DNA of 63,346 bases, counting the filler, from Kipferlia bialata (lineage: Eukaryota): the NCBI GenBank assembly GCA_003568945.1. It is 3 parts of 3 records of this genome, joined end to end, with 100 filler letters (N's around TTAATTAATTAA, not from the genome) between each part and the next. Parts side by side here need not be neighbours in the genome. Positions count along the whole stretch, not along the records: positions 23,442 to 46,769 come from BDIP01000261.1; 2 more parts are not named here. One strand, given 5' to 3'. Numbering within the stretch: the first letter of the stretch is position 1; each line of letters begins with the position of its first letter. The notes under the pieces were generated by a model, which saw only the letters and a program-made list of their open reading frames with translations, had not been told where the DNA came from and did no database searches. Positions 23,910-37,700 of the stretch are shown piece by piece. Both the position numbers and the translations under genes were made by a program.

Positions 23910-25040
23910 GACTACAGGGGCAACCCAGTATTCGAGGAGGAGGTTACCGTATACACTGTCAGAGAGGGTGTTCTGCACGTATTCTGGAGCAACCAAACAC
24001 ACTGGACATACTCCATGAGAGACGGGTGGCTGAAGGAGCCTACCCGCACACCGTGCAATGGTTGGCCGGCATTTGCTCAGGTATACGTACTGTATATACT
24101 ATTTTCCCCTTATGCAATACTATACACTATACATACTATATACACTCCCATAGTGGGTGGATTTGGAAGGTGAATGAATCATTCACTGAATGATCCTACT
24201 CAATATGAGTCTCATACCGTGCCATTTGAAGGAGGGATTTGCAAATGTATGGAAGTGATCACATATACATGGAATAACTGTGGGACTATATTTATCTCTC
24301 GGATACAAGAATACTTGTATTATACATCAACCATAGAGTTAGTGGGAATCCAAGTACTTAATTACTTGACCTAACATTTCTAACAGTCAGACCTTCGACC
24401 GACTCATATGTGTGTTCACCCCAAGAGGAGTGTGGGCATTCGACACCATCAGGTACAGATATATAGTACATAATTATATAGTATGTCAGGTATGTAATAG
24501 TATATATGTGAGAACATCAGAGACTGTGACCAGAGTATCTCTCTCTCTCTCTGTCTTTGTCTCTCTCCATCTCCCTCTCTCACCCTCAGTGGAGACTGGG
24601 CCATGCTGTGTGACGAGACTACATGCCGCACCTGGAACCTTAACTATGAGAGGGGGATGTCTGCACCATTAGGATTCAACACACTGCTGGGTGGGTGATA
24701 CTGAATCGTATACCTATACTGACGCTGACACTGATACTGACACTGACACTGACACCTAGATGTCTGGTCCACCATGGGTACTCAAGTGGAAGAGACAGAT
24801 GATCCCTCCCTCTTTGTGCACCTAGTCACTCTCAATGAGTCCATGATCTACCCTAGGTGGACCAACTGTCTAAGATACTACAAACTGTATGATATGTATA
24901 CTGTATGTATGATATGTTCTCAACTTACTCCAAGTCACGAGGAGGGGTGGGGGAGGCTACTCAGCTGGGACAAGGACTGGAGAGAGACACTGGGGGTCCG
25001 AGCGGCGGATGCGGTAAAGGGGGAGGCAGAGGGACAGTGA
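23910..25040 (+). CDS. 3' part of a kelch-like/beta-propeller hypothetical protein
   Basis: Exons read DYRGNPVFEEEVTVYTVREGVLHVFWSNQTHWTYSMRDGW, ICVFTPRGVWAFDTISGDWAML and LVTLNESMIYPSHEEGWGRLLSW, which are blade-like (hydrophobic strand, xYD...W). One exon junction (~24690-24760) could not be phased. Confidence 0.45.
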
Positions 25041-26324
25041 GAGAGAGGCAGAGAGACAGAGAGAGAGAGATCGTTGGAGGAGGATGAGGTGTAGAGGGCT
25101 CTGGTAATGGGATACCATAAGGCATGATGAGTTGGAGCACCGAGTGTAACAGCCAGAGGAATTACCCTGTAACCTATCGTGCAGCCGATTATTCTGTCTG
25201 ATAGACACTCAGTGTCTAAGACACTGTACTATACTTCTCTTCAAGAGTGCATCCACAATTCCTTGACAGTGATGAGCCAAAGTACTTGTATACTAGGTCA
25301 AGATGCTTTTTACACTGATTTATGACAGTGTGGGTATTATCTGTTCCCACATCTCTTGTATCTCTTCACAGCACTGTCTATGCGCACACTGTATGTCTAC
25401 TACTTACTGTGCCACTAGCACTCATGTAGTGTCGTGTCTGAAAAGCCCTTCTCTCTCACTCCCTCACTCGTGCCTCTATGTGTATACTGTACCAATAGCA
25501 CAAAAACGCATTCTGGTCTGAAATCATCTCCCTTATTCATCTCGATTCTGTTACAGCAGCCAGTTACAGTGTCAGCATCGGTTGAGATTATGACTCATTT
25601 GTGACGGTATTTGGCGACAGAAGAGCTTTAAAGATAATGCAAGTCTTAAACATAAACTATTTATGATAAATACGCCTTGCTCTTGTCATTGGATTAAGTT
25701 AATCATTTACTGAATGAGTAGAGAGTGACCAGAAAGAATTGTATAAGTAGCAGTGAGCGATACAGATACTGACACTGATACAGTGCACCTACCAATGTAC
25801 TCTCTCCGGCTCCAGTGTAGAGACAGCTGGTCTTCTACTGTTCAAGTTACAAAATCGCTAATGCATCGTGCACTTGAAGTGCATACATCTACCTATCTAG
25901 CATGTTTATATGAACACCCTTACTTGAGACGCCACCTCCAAATTATTTGGACCAAATATGACCATGGTCTATACACTATATAGTTGCTTCATAGTCAGTC
26001 ATTAGGCCATCTTTGCAAAAGAGAGTAGTTTGGCAGTTACAATGGTGCGTTCAATGAATGACACTAAAACAAGGGGATCTGACTGGTCCCCCAATCATTA
26101 GTGAGCGTCTAACTTGTCGGAAGTTCTGAATCAAAACAGTCGGAATAGATCAATATGCCACGTTAACTCTTCTCAGTTGCTGTCACTCTATATATGGGGT
26201 CTTATTGCCTCTCACCCATACGACTGAGCATTCGACTGCGTATACCTCTTCAAACACTGTATCAGTACTATTATGACGCGCCACCTGCCATCAGTGATGT
26301 TAAGTTAACATTGTTAACTATCCT

Positions 26325-27415
26325 TCAAGAGATGTTCCACGCTAGTGGAACCAGTACCCGGTTGGCAACCCTCAGAGCCTGTTGTCTCTTGGCCTTCCGT
26401 GCTCTCTGCCGTGCAAGATAGTCTACCAGCTTCTCCTCTGCTGCTACCCTCTCTCTCTCAGAAGCTGCTAACTGGCTCTGCAGGTGCTCCATAGCTGCAG
26501 CGTTGTCTGCCTTCCTCTTCCGAACCTCTCTCTCTCTCTCCTCGGCTTCTCTCTCCAGGCGTCTTATTGTCTCTTGTGCCGCAGCTAGCTCCGCTTCCTT
26601 CCCCTCTAAGTCCCTAGTTGCCTTCGACAGAGCAGTTGTAGATGCTGCCTCTCTCCTCTTGATCTCTGTCACCTCTTCCTCGGCCTTTTCGGCAGCATCA
26701 CTCCACTGTTGCAGAGACACGTCTCTCTCGTGCACCATCCACCTTAATGTCTCAACTGTCCCCTGACATCAGCGCGCTACCAGACGTGTATGATAATATG
26801 AGGATACTCGAATACTACGAAGTGACCAGAAATGGCTCATGGTGGACATACGACTGAAGCGTGCTGTGAAAGTAGTACACACTAGCCAGTACCTGTAGCT
26901 TGTGGTTATCAACCTGGTACTGGCGGGATATGCAGATCGCTGTCAACACTGCCTACGCATAAGGTGACAAAAAGAGGGGTACATATTCAGATAGTATCGT
27001 TCTTTGCTGGCTGTAAACAAGAGAAATGGTGCAGACGATGTCAGGACGCACCTCGCCAAGCATTAATGCTGGTGACCGTAATGACCACCAATATACACAC
27101 TCTATCTTAGTCATTACACTATCGTACAACTCACCTGATCGGTTGCAGACCCATTGGTGGGAGAGTCCCCGTAGAGGTATACAGGACGTACTGCGGATTA
27201 GAAGTGTACAATTTACAGTCATGACATGTGTTTCTATACCATTGCGAACCCAGGAATATTGCGAAAGCGTATGAAGTACAATATTGGCAAGGAAAACAAG
27301 AGTGTAATATACCTGTACATTCCGAGTTGAGATCAGGGGCCAGAGACCCCTGGGAGTATGCAACAGCCAGCTCACACTGAGATATGAGTGATGCAGGTTT
27401 CAGTAGTCTATCCAT
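26325..27415 (-). CDS. Hypothetical coiled-coil protein
   Basis: ORF 26325-26738 is strongly heptad-like (AEKAEEEVTEIKRREAASTTALSKATRDLEGKEAELAAAQETIRRLERE). Upstream exons are uncertain. Confidence 0.4.
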
Positions 27416-27707
27416 TGAAAGCCTCACAATGAGATACCTCCTCTACATGTTGTGTCATAACTCTAGAGAGATCATCATCTCCATACCGTAGTGGGAATGA
27501 CCGGAATGTCATCAGAAGGTGACAGGGACACGTGAGGAGGCGCGTCATCTGAATGATTAGAGGATAGTGCCTGAGACGCCAGGATAAGGAAATGAGAGGA
27601 AGTGGAGTAGTATAGTATACGTCTACACTGTAGACTCTACAGCTACACGGATGACGTAACCGAGATGCAAAACATGTATAGAGTTAGTATTGCTCTATCA
27701 TAGGGAT

Positions 27708-28077
27708 TCAAACACCTAAAGGTGACAGTGGATACTTACCAAATCCAGCGGCCGGCACATACGTGTACCCGCTGTGGCCTCCTTGGATGGGGTGTACATC
27801 CAGTAGGGCATCTCTCTCTCTCTCTCCCCTCTCTTCAGTCTGGTCAGTCCACGTGTATGTCTCTGACTCATCGTAAGGCTCATCACCATTAGGAACAGCG
27901 CCCCGGAAACTCTGGAAGAAACGCATCTCCTATGTTGTGGGAAGAGTAACGATCACCGTCGACATTGTGCATACAGTCAACAGTGTAGAGACCATTCTTT
28001 GAGGGGTTCTCTAAGAGAACTTCTCTTTGCCAACTGGATTTGACACATACAGAACCAGACTCTGGTTCAGTTAGCAC
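27708..28077 (-). pseudogene. Possible degenerate coding fragment (two overlapping frames)
   Basis: Non-repetitive, coding-like sequence split across ORFs 27889-28077 and 27708-27926, with no obvious intron between them. Confidence 0.25.
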
Positions 28078-28427
28078 ACAGTGTTTGAGTCAGGGAAACA
28101 GTCTCATGTACAATCACCTGCATGAAATAATTGCTGAATAGTATTGAATTATTCATTACTATTGAATAGTATTGTCCTCTTTTAGATCCATAATGTCGCG
28201 GCAGTGCATCGACCAGTTGCTAACACACCTTGTTACTTATAGTATTACAGTGCTAAAGATATATATGGACAGAAGAAAGATTTATGCAGGCAGGCATGCG
28301 CCGCATGCGGTCCAACTCGACAATCAAAATCAACAAAGGGGCCGGCCAAAAAATGTCATCAAAAATGACTGCCCCTAAAATCAGATACGGGTGTGCCTTC
28401 AGGTTCTCCCTCTCTCTCTCTGCTGGC

Positions 28428-31400
28428 ATGCTGCAGCCCCTGAACAGCTTTGTGCACATCCCTGACACTGTGCAATGCCACTACCCCTTTGGGAATACCC
28501 CTAGCCACCCGATGCCCCTGGTGCCGGTGGGGGAGGGGGGGGTATGTCATGAATCTGTATCTGCATATATATCACTTACTCTTTTGACTGGCCATTGCCC
28601 TATGCCCCTGGTGCCGGTGGTGGAGGGGGAGGTGCGGCATACATATCCACAAGTGTCATACTGCAAGGGGCAATAGTGATTATACCTTCTTCACTGGTAA
28701 TTGCAGTGCTCACTCCAGGCTCCGTCGTACCTGTTACTTGGCTGTGGAGACGCCAGACACATGTAAGTTACCCCCTCCCACACACACAGACGCGCCTTCC
28801 TCTTCCAATGTATTCACATGTTCACTCCCAAATAGGTTGCTTAAGACAAGTTACTGTCGTATCTCTTCCTCGGATGCGGGAGTCCTGTCAATTCAGTTGT
28901 TTTCACTCTCTTGATTGAGGGGGGGTCTCTTTCACCCCCCCCCTGTTTCCCATTCCCTCCCCTTGTTCTATCTCCCTTTTGTATGTATATGTGACCCTGC
29001 TATATAGGACTGGTAGTATTCACTTTCTATCTCTCCTTCTCTTCCCAAGTCTCTCTCTATCCCCCCCCCTATCCAGGTATGAAACCCTGCTGCATATGAA
29101 GACTTGATATTTTTCTCCATCCCCAGCTCTCTCTCTCTCTCTTCCTAACTCTCTCTCTCTCCCTCCTTACCCAGGTATGACACCCTGCTGCATATGAAGA
29201 CTTCATATTCCTCACCATCCCCAGCTTTCTCTCTCTCTCTCTTCCTAAGTATCTCTCTCTCTTCCCAAGTATCTCTCTCTCTTCCCAAGTCTCTCTCTCT
29301 CTCCCTTACAAAGGTATGACACCCTGCTGCACAGGAGTGGCAACCACCACTTCACACTCAATGACATGCAGCCAGAGGTATCTCTCCCCTCCCCTTCTCT
29401 CTCCCCTCCCTCCTTATCATATACATATATATGTGTATATATATTGCTGTATATATATATATATACCTTCACACTCAATGACATGCAGCCAGAGGTACAC
29501 ACACACACACTCTCTCTCTCTCGTTCTCTCTCTGTCTCCCTCTTTCAAGTGTTGTGTATGCATGAATATCTACTCCTCCACCCTTAATGATATATATATG
29601 TATATATATCTATATCTATATCCCCCCCCTCTTCTCGTATGTTGAATGTTGAATATATGAATCGTCACCCTCAATTCATTTCCCCTTCCCTCCTCTTACC
29701 CAATCCTATACAGTCCTGACGTTCTTTGTCGTGTATCCATTTTTGACTCCCTCCCTCCCTCTCCCTCTCTCTCTCTCTTTCCCCCAGGTCCTGTTACGCG
29801 CCTTGATCCTGGTACATTCTCTCTATCTCTCTCTCTCTTTCTGACTCTCTCTTTCCACAGGTCCTGTGTCGTGCCCTGATCCTTGCTCACTCTGTCACCT
29901 GGTGGGGTAGACAGGATGGTGCCCCACCCAAGCGCCGTAAGCCCTATGCATCTGTTGCAGCATATCTGTGGAGAGTGCACTACAATGCATACCTGTCCCC
30001 CAAGGATCATGAGAGACTAAGGTACATACATATATTGGGTAGTGGTCTATTTGGTATTGCCAGACTGAGGTACAGGGGGGCTATATTCATGTTTCTTTAC
30101 ACATACAAACAGATACTGGAAATCTATTTATAGTGAGCTCGGATAGTTGTGTTAAGTGGTATCCCTCCCACCAGAGGAACACCAGAGACTCATGTATGTA
30201 TAGATTGGCACTATTACAGTACTCATATAGATCCTCTTACCTCCAGGGAGACCTGTCGGCGTCTGGCAGCAGATGTAACGGAGATGCTCTCCGTACCCAC
30301 CTCCTGTCCAGATGCATACCTCAGTCTGACCCAGCCCATGCCCCTCCCATCTCTGCCTGGGTACCTACTAGACAGGGGCACATGCATGTCTATCCTCCCT
30401 GTGCTCACTCTCTGGGGGGAGAGAGAGGGGGTGCCATTTCTCGAGGTATGCACCCTTCTATGTACATGTATGTATTATATTCATACTAGTATATATATAT
30501 ATGTATATATGTAGTCCTCTCTCACTGTCAGACCTGTGCCCGATCCAAACTTCCCCACACCCCATATACCATATATCCTAGGGTTTGCAGATAGCTATCA
30601 TTTGTGTTTGTGTATATGTATACCTCTCTTACCACCAGACATGTGCCCGATCCAGACTGGACCTGCACATCAGACAGTTCAGGGCATCGGACAGGTATGT
30701 TATAAGTTATAACAAGTAACAAGTACGGGGCAATAACATATATATATATACTACACCTATGTATATTCACATATGTTTATACATACATATATATACACAT
30801 CAGACAGTTCAAGGCATCGGACAAGTATGTTACAACACATCAGATATATAGTGGTACTGATACAATATAGCATCGGACAAGTACGTATCATATACTAAAC
30901 CATGTATCACATACTACACATCTATATTTTCGTATATATTCACATATATCTATATATACATCAGACAGTTCAGGGCATCGGACAAGTATGTTACAAGTAA
31001 TATATATACATACACATGTATTAATATACATTTACTGAATCTGATACACATCAGACAGTTTAGGGCATCGGACAAGTACGTATCATGTACTAAACCATGC
31101 CTTACTGCTACCCACAGATATGGGTGAAAGCACTCTAGCTGTATACATAGTAGCCAGTGTCAGTCTCTCCCCGTATACTCTGCCCTTCAGTTACTCTGCT
31201 GATAGAGAGATAGAGAGACTGACCCTAGGGGCATAGTGGAGAGAGCCAAGGACGGCCCACCCCGTGCATCCACATACAGCCTCAAGACCCTGTGCCAAGT
31301 GGCTAGGAAGGTATGTATATCATTTGATTTGTATATAGATAGAACCCTTTAGTGTCATAGTTGTATGTCGCGTCTGACATCCAGGTTGCTAAGAAGTCAG

Positions 31401-31453
31401 TGTGTGAATGTCGTTATAAATATATATATATAAGTATATATATAAGGTGTATA

Positions 31454-31494
<41 letters not shown>

Positions 31495-34400
31495 TTACCT
31501 CCAGGCCGCCGAGAAGTCTGTGTGTATAGAATACATATATATATATTTCTTCATATATACATATATATATATATATATAAATACAGTATATAGTATAACC
31601 CCCAGGCTGCCGAGAAGTCTGTATGTGAGAGACAGGCCGGGCTCTGGGAGGACAAGGCTCTCTTCAGCAAGTGGGTGATATACATATACATATATATATA
31701 TATATCTTCAGCAAGTGGGTGCAAGTTATACACTTTGGCCTTGCCAAGAACGGACATGTCCTCCTGGTCCCCCCCCCCCTCTCTCTCTCCAGCTTATGAA
31801 TAGGCACCTTGACTACATAGTGCATGGTTCCTATGAGGGCCAGGCAGACACTTCTCTCTCTCTCCCTCTCTCTACTAATATATATATATATGTATTCAGA
31901 TATATATCTCATATATAGGCACCTTGACTACATTGTGCATGGTTCCTATGAGGGTGAGGCAGACACAGACTCAGTGGCCAACCCAACAGTGTACAGGGCA
32001 TGTGACTTCAGGTACAGTATATATATCATACATGAAGTAGTATATATTGCACACATACATATAGTATACATAATTTTGTAGTATACCTATACATAAGGCA
32101 GACTCAGTGGCCAACCCAACAGTGTACAGGGCATGTGACTTTAGGTATAGTTTACATATACATATATATATATATATATATATGTATTAGTATAGAGATA
32201 TGTATTAGTATTCAAGAATTTTTTCACAGACGTATGGTATATGGATGTATATCGTGTACTAAGTGGCCAACCTAACATTGTACAGGGCATGTGACTTCAG
32301 GTATCTCTCTGACTGCTATCACATATGACAATACTATTTCTGGCAGTCTTAACTCTATGGCTCTCTCTCACCCCAGGTTATGCGATAAGGACACCCCCCC
32401 TCAGTGGACAGCTCACTATGGGACCCAACCAGTCCTGGGGTACCCGCAGAGGTACCCTTATATATATACATACGTATATATACATAGTGTTGAATTGTAC
32501 AATATATTAGTCCTGAGGTATCTTCTCTCTCCCACTCTCCTCTCTATGTCTTCTCTCTCTCTAGAGCCTTATTCCAGAGTTGGAGAGGACAACTTCAGAT
32601 CAGATGTGGAGTGTGAGGTATGGGCTCCTCCGCACATTGCCTTCCCATACTCACTTTCATCGAGTCGCAGTGCCTACGGCTACACAAATACTGATATTGC
32701 TGCCGATACTGATGCGTTTCGTATTGTGTCTCTCTCACCCCAGACCATCTTCACCTCCTGGATGCGTTCCCTTGACAAGGCCCTGTCGGCAGAGAGAGTG
32801 ACCGTGACACTGCTGGCTGGGGATTGTCTGCAACTGTTGCTAGGTGGGTGTCAATGTATATTTTATATATATATATGTATTATATATTATATTAAATACT
32901 ATATTATATATACACACTCTTGTTAGTATATCTATCTATATTCATATATATGTATATATGTATGCGTGTCTGCAACTGTTGCTGGGTGGGTGTCAATTTA
33001 TGGATAGAGACTGCTAGCTGGGGACTGTCTGCAGCTGTTGCTAGTTATGACTTACTCCTACATAGACAGTAATATGTATATACTAGAACACATGAATTCA
33101 ATTAAGATAGTAATGATAATGACTGTGACACTCCTAGCTGGGGACTGTCTGCAATTGCTGCTGGGTGTGTATTAGTCTATATATACATACTGTTTCTGGC
33201 TTAGTCTCAATCCCTATGTATAGACGTGTATGTAATAAGATAGCCATCGCTATGACTCCAAATTTGCATCTACTAATAATGGTTGCTTTTCCTGACTCTT
33301 ACACCAGAGAGATCTCTAGGCCCCACCATGTTCAACTACATCGGAGACCAAGGGGAAGATAGCCCTTCTATATCATCTAGACCGTCTAGAGCGTCTAGAG
33401 CGTCTAGAGCGTCTAGAGAGTTCCGGTTTGACTACATATCTGCCTCCAACATCGGGGACTTCGTAGGCCTATTAAACATATTGATAGTGGCACCTGGCTT
33501 CCTGAGGACCCCTGGGGTGTCTGTACTCAGCACAGTGTTCCTGCACAGGTGACAACTCTCTCTCTCTCCTCATAAATCTCTCTCTCTCTTTCTCGTTTCC
33601 CTATCCATGTGTGTCCAGCACTTCGTCTTCTCTCGCCCCTTATCTCTCTCTCTCTCTCTCTCTCTCTCTTACCCTAGAGACAGTGGTCAGTCTGTGCAGG
33701 AGTTCATCAGAGAGAGCACGGGAGTCAGGTATGTATACATACATATATATATATATATATCTTGTGTCGATACGTCTTCATTCTAAGTGAGCATTCTCTC
33801 TTATCGTTCCCTGTCCACATTTGTGACCTACTTCTGTCTTTCACTCTTTCTGCCACTGTGGCTCTTACTCTCTCCCTCTCTCCATTACTCCCCCTTTGCC
33901 CCTATAGGTATGTAGATATACCACTTTCTCCATCTCCCTAACCCCGCCAGGACCCGTGACCTGCCCCATCTCTTTGGCGTCAGGGTGTGTGGGGATGATG
34001 AAGAGATGGACAGGGGCAGTGACATGCTGGCATTCAGCCTCCTGCCCTCGGCCGCACTGTCGATATCCCCCATGCCAAGGGTACCTACTCTCTCTCTCTC
34101 TCTCTCTCTTCTTCCCTGTCCCTCCTCTACATCATTTCCGACCTTGCTTCTTCTTGTGACTAGTACTCACCCCAGGGCCACGTCGGAGCCTCTGCCGTGA
34201 CAGGCTACACCTCTCTCTCCTTCTGCCGCTGTCCCATCCCATCTCCCCCTCCCTGCATAGACATGGGGCAGGGGTCACCTGAGTGGGCAGGTGTGTATAT
34301 ATATAGATACAGTATACACTAAGTAATCTCAACTGATACTGGCAGGGGTCGCCTGAGTGGGCTGGACAGATAGGTATGTATTAGTATATCTATACATTAG

Positions 34401-34723
34401 TATCTATATATGGAGTATTCAGTCATTCTCTGACTGGTACTGACTGGGCAGGGCAGACAGCCACTGTCACACACTCCCCAGACAATGAGTCACACCTGCA
34501 CAAGCTGCTACTGGGAGTACTCAGCAAGACCCATCCCACTGGGAAGGGCGTGGTAGGGTATATAAATATATATATATATAAATTATTTATATGTTTGAGT
34601 TTTCTGAAGAGACATCCCACTGGGAAGGGAGTAGTAGGGTAGGGTGTAAAAGTTGAATATTGCAGTACTATTTTGTGGCGTTTTGTAGTAGATATTCACC
34701 CCGAATTCTATACCGTCTATGTC

Positions 34724-34760
<37 letters not shown>

Positions 34761-37700
34761 ACTAATAGCCCAGGGATGCTGTCCCATCTATGTCTGCCTT
34801 CTGTGCCCTTGTGGCCATCTTTCTCTCTCTCTGTCTCCCCCTCATCCTCTCTAACACATAGCGATGCCGTTCCATCTATGTCTGCCTTCTGTGCCCTAGT
34901 GGCTGTGGGGTGTAGGAGGGGACTATTCAGTGCACAGGCACCTGGGGGTATAACCACCCCATACCTTGTGGCAGTGCCAGAGGCTCTCTCCCATGATAGT
35001 ATGACAGAGGGGCTGGGTGACAGAGAGGCGGTTGGCTCTGGGGAGGTTTGTTACAGAACACATTGTATGTCCAGGAGTATAGTAGAGGCGTAGTATGCTG
35101 ACCCCAGGTTGTTAGGTCCGCAGTCTCCACCATGCACCTCCCCCCTGGCCCTGTCAAACTGTATCAGAAACAGATAGCCAGCCCAATCCCACTCCTGATA
35201 CAGACACTGTGTGGGGCGGTGAGTGCTATATGTACACCGTTCATATTTTTACTCTGTGTCGTTATTGGTGGTACTACTAAATGACTTCAGAATCACTGGG
35301 ACCTGTTCATGTAGCTATATTAGCATCTATCTAACCTCAGGGGCCACAAGGGCCAAGCCACCCTCTTCCCAAGTCTCTCTCTGCCCTCATGTGCAACTCT
35401 GTGCCTTACCTCCTTGCCACCCTCAGTGAGTACGGGATAGACACAAGGTTAGTGTACAGTTAGTATACACAAGTATATTATATATATTATGTTAGTATAC
35501 CTCCTTGCCACCCTCAGTGAGTACGGCATAGACACGAGGTTAGTGTATAGATAGTATATACTAGTATTTATTATTAATTATGTTAGTATGTATTTGTATA
35601 CCTCCTTGCCACCCTCAGTGAGTCAGGTGGGGTGGCGATTCTAGTATTCTTCACTCCCTTAGCATTTTCTTGTTGCATAATGCAATACTTACAGTGCAAT
35701 CATTTGAACCATCTTCTCACACTAGGACCTGTGGACCTAGATACACACTCAACGTCAAGGTGACCGGTCTGAGTACCAATGCCACAGACCAAGACCTGCC
35801 TGGTTTGGAGGTTGGGTCGATAGTTGACAGTGTGGTCCTAGTGCCCAGGAGGCTAGTGTGCACCAACATTGACATAACATCCAGTGACTACACAGTCAGG
35901 CTCAACCCACCGTCAGTCCTGCCACCAGTGTACGTTTCAAATACTCTGTTCGCTACTCGATAGTCCAGTTCATAGTCAATGACACCAGGGCGAAGTACCT
36001 CTCTGAGAGCCCCGACATGATGCACGGTGTCAAGCATATCTTTGAGCACCTGACCCCAGCCGTACAGGCCAGGATGTGCGGCACCAACGTGTACGTACAC
36101 ACATATATAGTGTTACGTAGTATAGTATATATGTATAGTAATTATAGAGCGATCCAGTATAGACAAAGTATGGTATTAGGACGTTGGATGCATATAACTG
36201 ACCAACCTGCACGTACACTACTTAGTAGCATTATCTAATTCTTCTATATATCTCACTATTCTTCAACATCTCCCCTGCTCTCACTAACCTCAGGTACGGA
36301 GAGTCCTACATGCTTGGCCCTGTGAGGCCCAGGGACTCCACATGCCAGGTAAGAGGGAGCGAAATATCGAGAGAGAGAGAGAGAGAGACAGGGAGGGAGA
36401 GACACATGTGCTTCCTAACCTGCCAGGCTGCTCAGAGGACTGCCTACACGATCCATGGGGTGGGACCAGTGGCAGTGAACCCAGTACAGAATGCCCTGCT
36501 CAAGAAGACAATCCGCTCGCCCTTCTCGGTTCCATTTCTAGATGGGCACATATCAGGTGGGGAATGTATTGGTATATTCATTCAGGTGGGGTTGCCGCAC
36601 TTTTCGATACCCGTTATTATCCTGTCCTGACGTACATATGTCTTATACCAGGCCCTAACGTGCCGCACTCGGGTAAGCATGTCTCCATAGAGGCTTGCTC
36701 TGTATGGTGTGCCATCCCTGACTCCTGTAGACCCAAGGGCTGGGTCAAGGAGAGTCAATCAGGCTCAAGCAGAGTCAACCCCCTGACCTGGCTCAGAAAG
36801 GGAGGGAGAGGTGGATCTCGACCCGAGACACTTGCCTTTGAGATTGGCATACCACCTTCGATCCCCAACAAGTACGATATTTCTACTCTTCGTATTTTCA
36901 GCTCTTCAGTAACTTGTTGATTCACATGACATCATTGATCTTCATATCATATTATCAGCATTTCAGATACTAGATGACTCAAATTTGCCTTTAGTATAGT
37001 TGACGCTGTATCGATACTTGCCATATTCTCTTCTCTCTGACATCCAGTATTGTATCCGACCCCAAGATACGTCCATCTGTAGAGGCCTCTCCCCTTGGTA
37101 CAGACCTCGATGCCTTCACCCCCCTGCCCGGTGTGTTTGATGGCTACACCAGACATGGGGTGAGGTCACATGACCAATCTCTAGTAGGGGAGCCCCTCTC
37201 TGATGCCTACTCTGTCTGTGTCAGACTTGGGGGCAAGGTGGTTGGGACAGTGACCTTGCCAGTGCCAGTGGACATGGCCTCCCACAAGTACGGTTCCCTT
37301 TCATACACTACCCTCAATCGTATCCTGTCATAGCCTACCAGCCATTCAACACTCCATGTATTGGGTGTGTGCCGATATATGCATATTCAGAGTACTATGA
37401 GTCAGTTGTCTCACCCGAAGGCTTCAGATATCCCGCAAGCGTCGCTTCGTCCGAGTTCGTCTCTCTTCGGCTCCCTACACGCTACCGGCACCCTCTGCTG
37501 GTGCCTTCGTGTCAGTGTCCCCCAACCACACAATGGAGAGCATTGAGCCTGGTGACAAGGACGCGGTACGTGACAAGCAATAATACGTTCTCTCTTCATT
37601 ACTGCAGACTTATGTTTAGGTGCTGCTGTGGGGTGCCATTACCCTGAGGGCTAATCCTGTGAGAGTGGGCATGCTGACCCAGAGCAAGGTACAGACCCAT

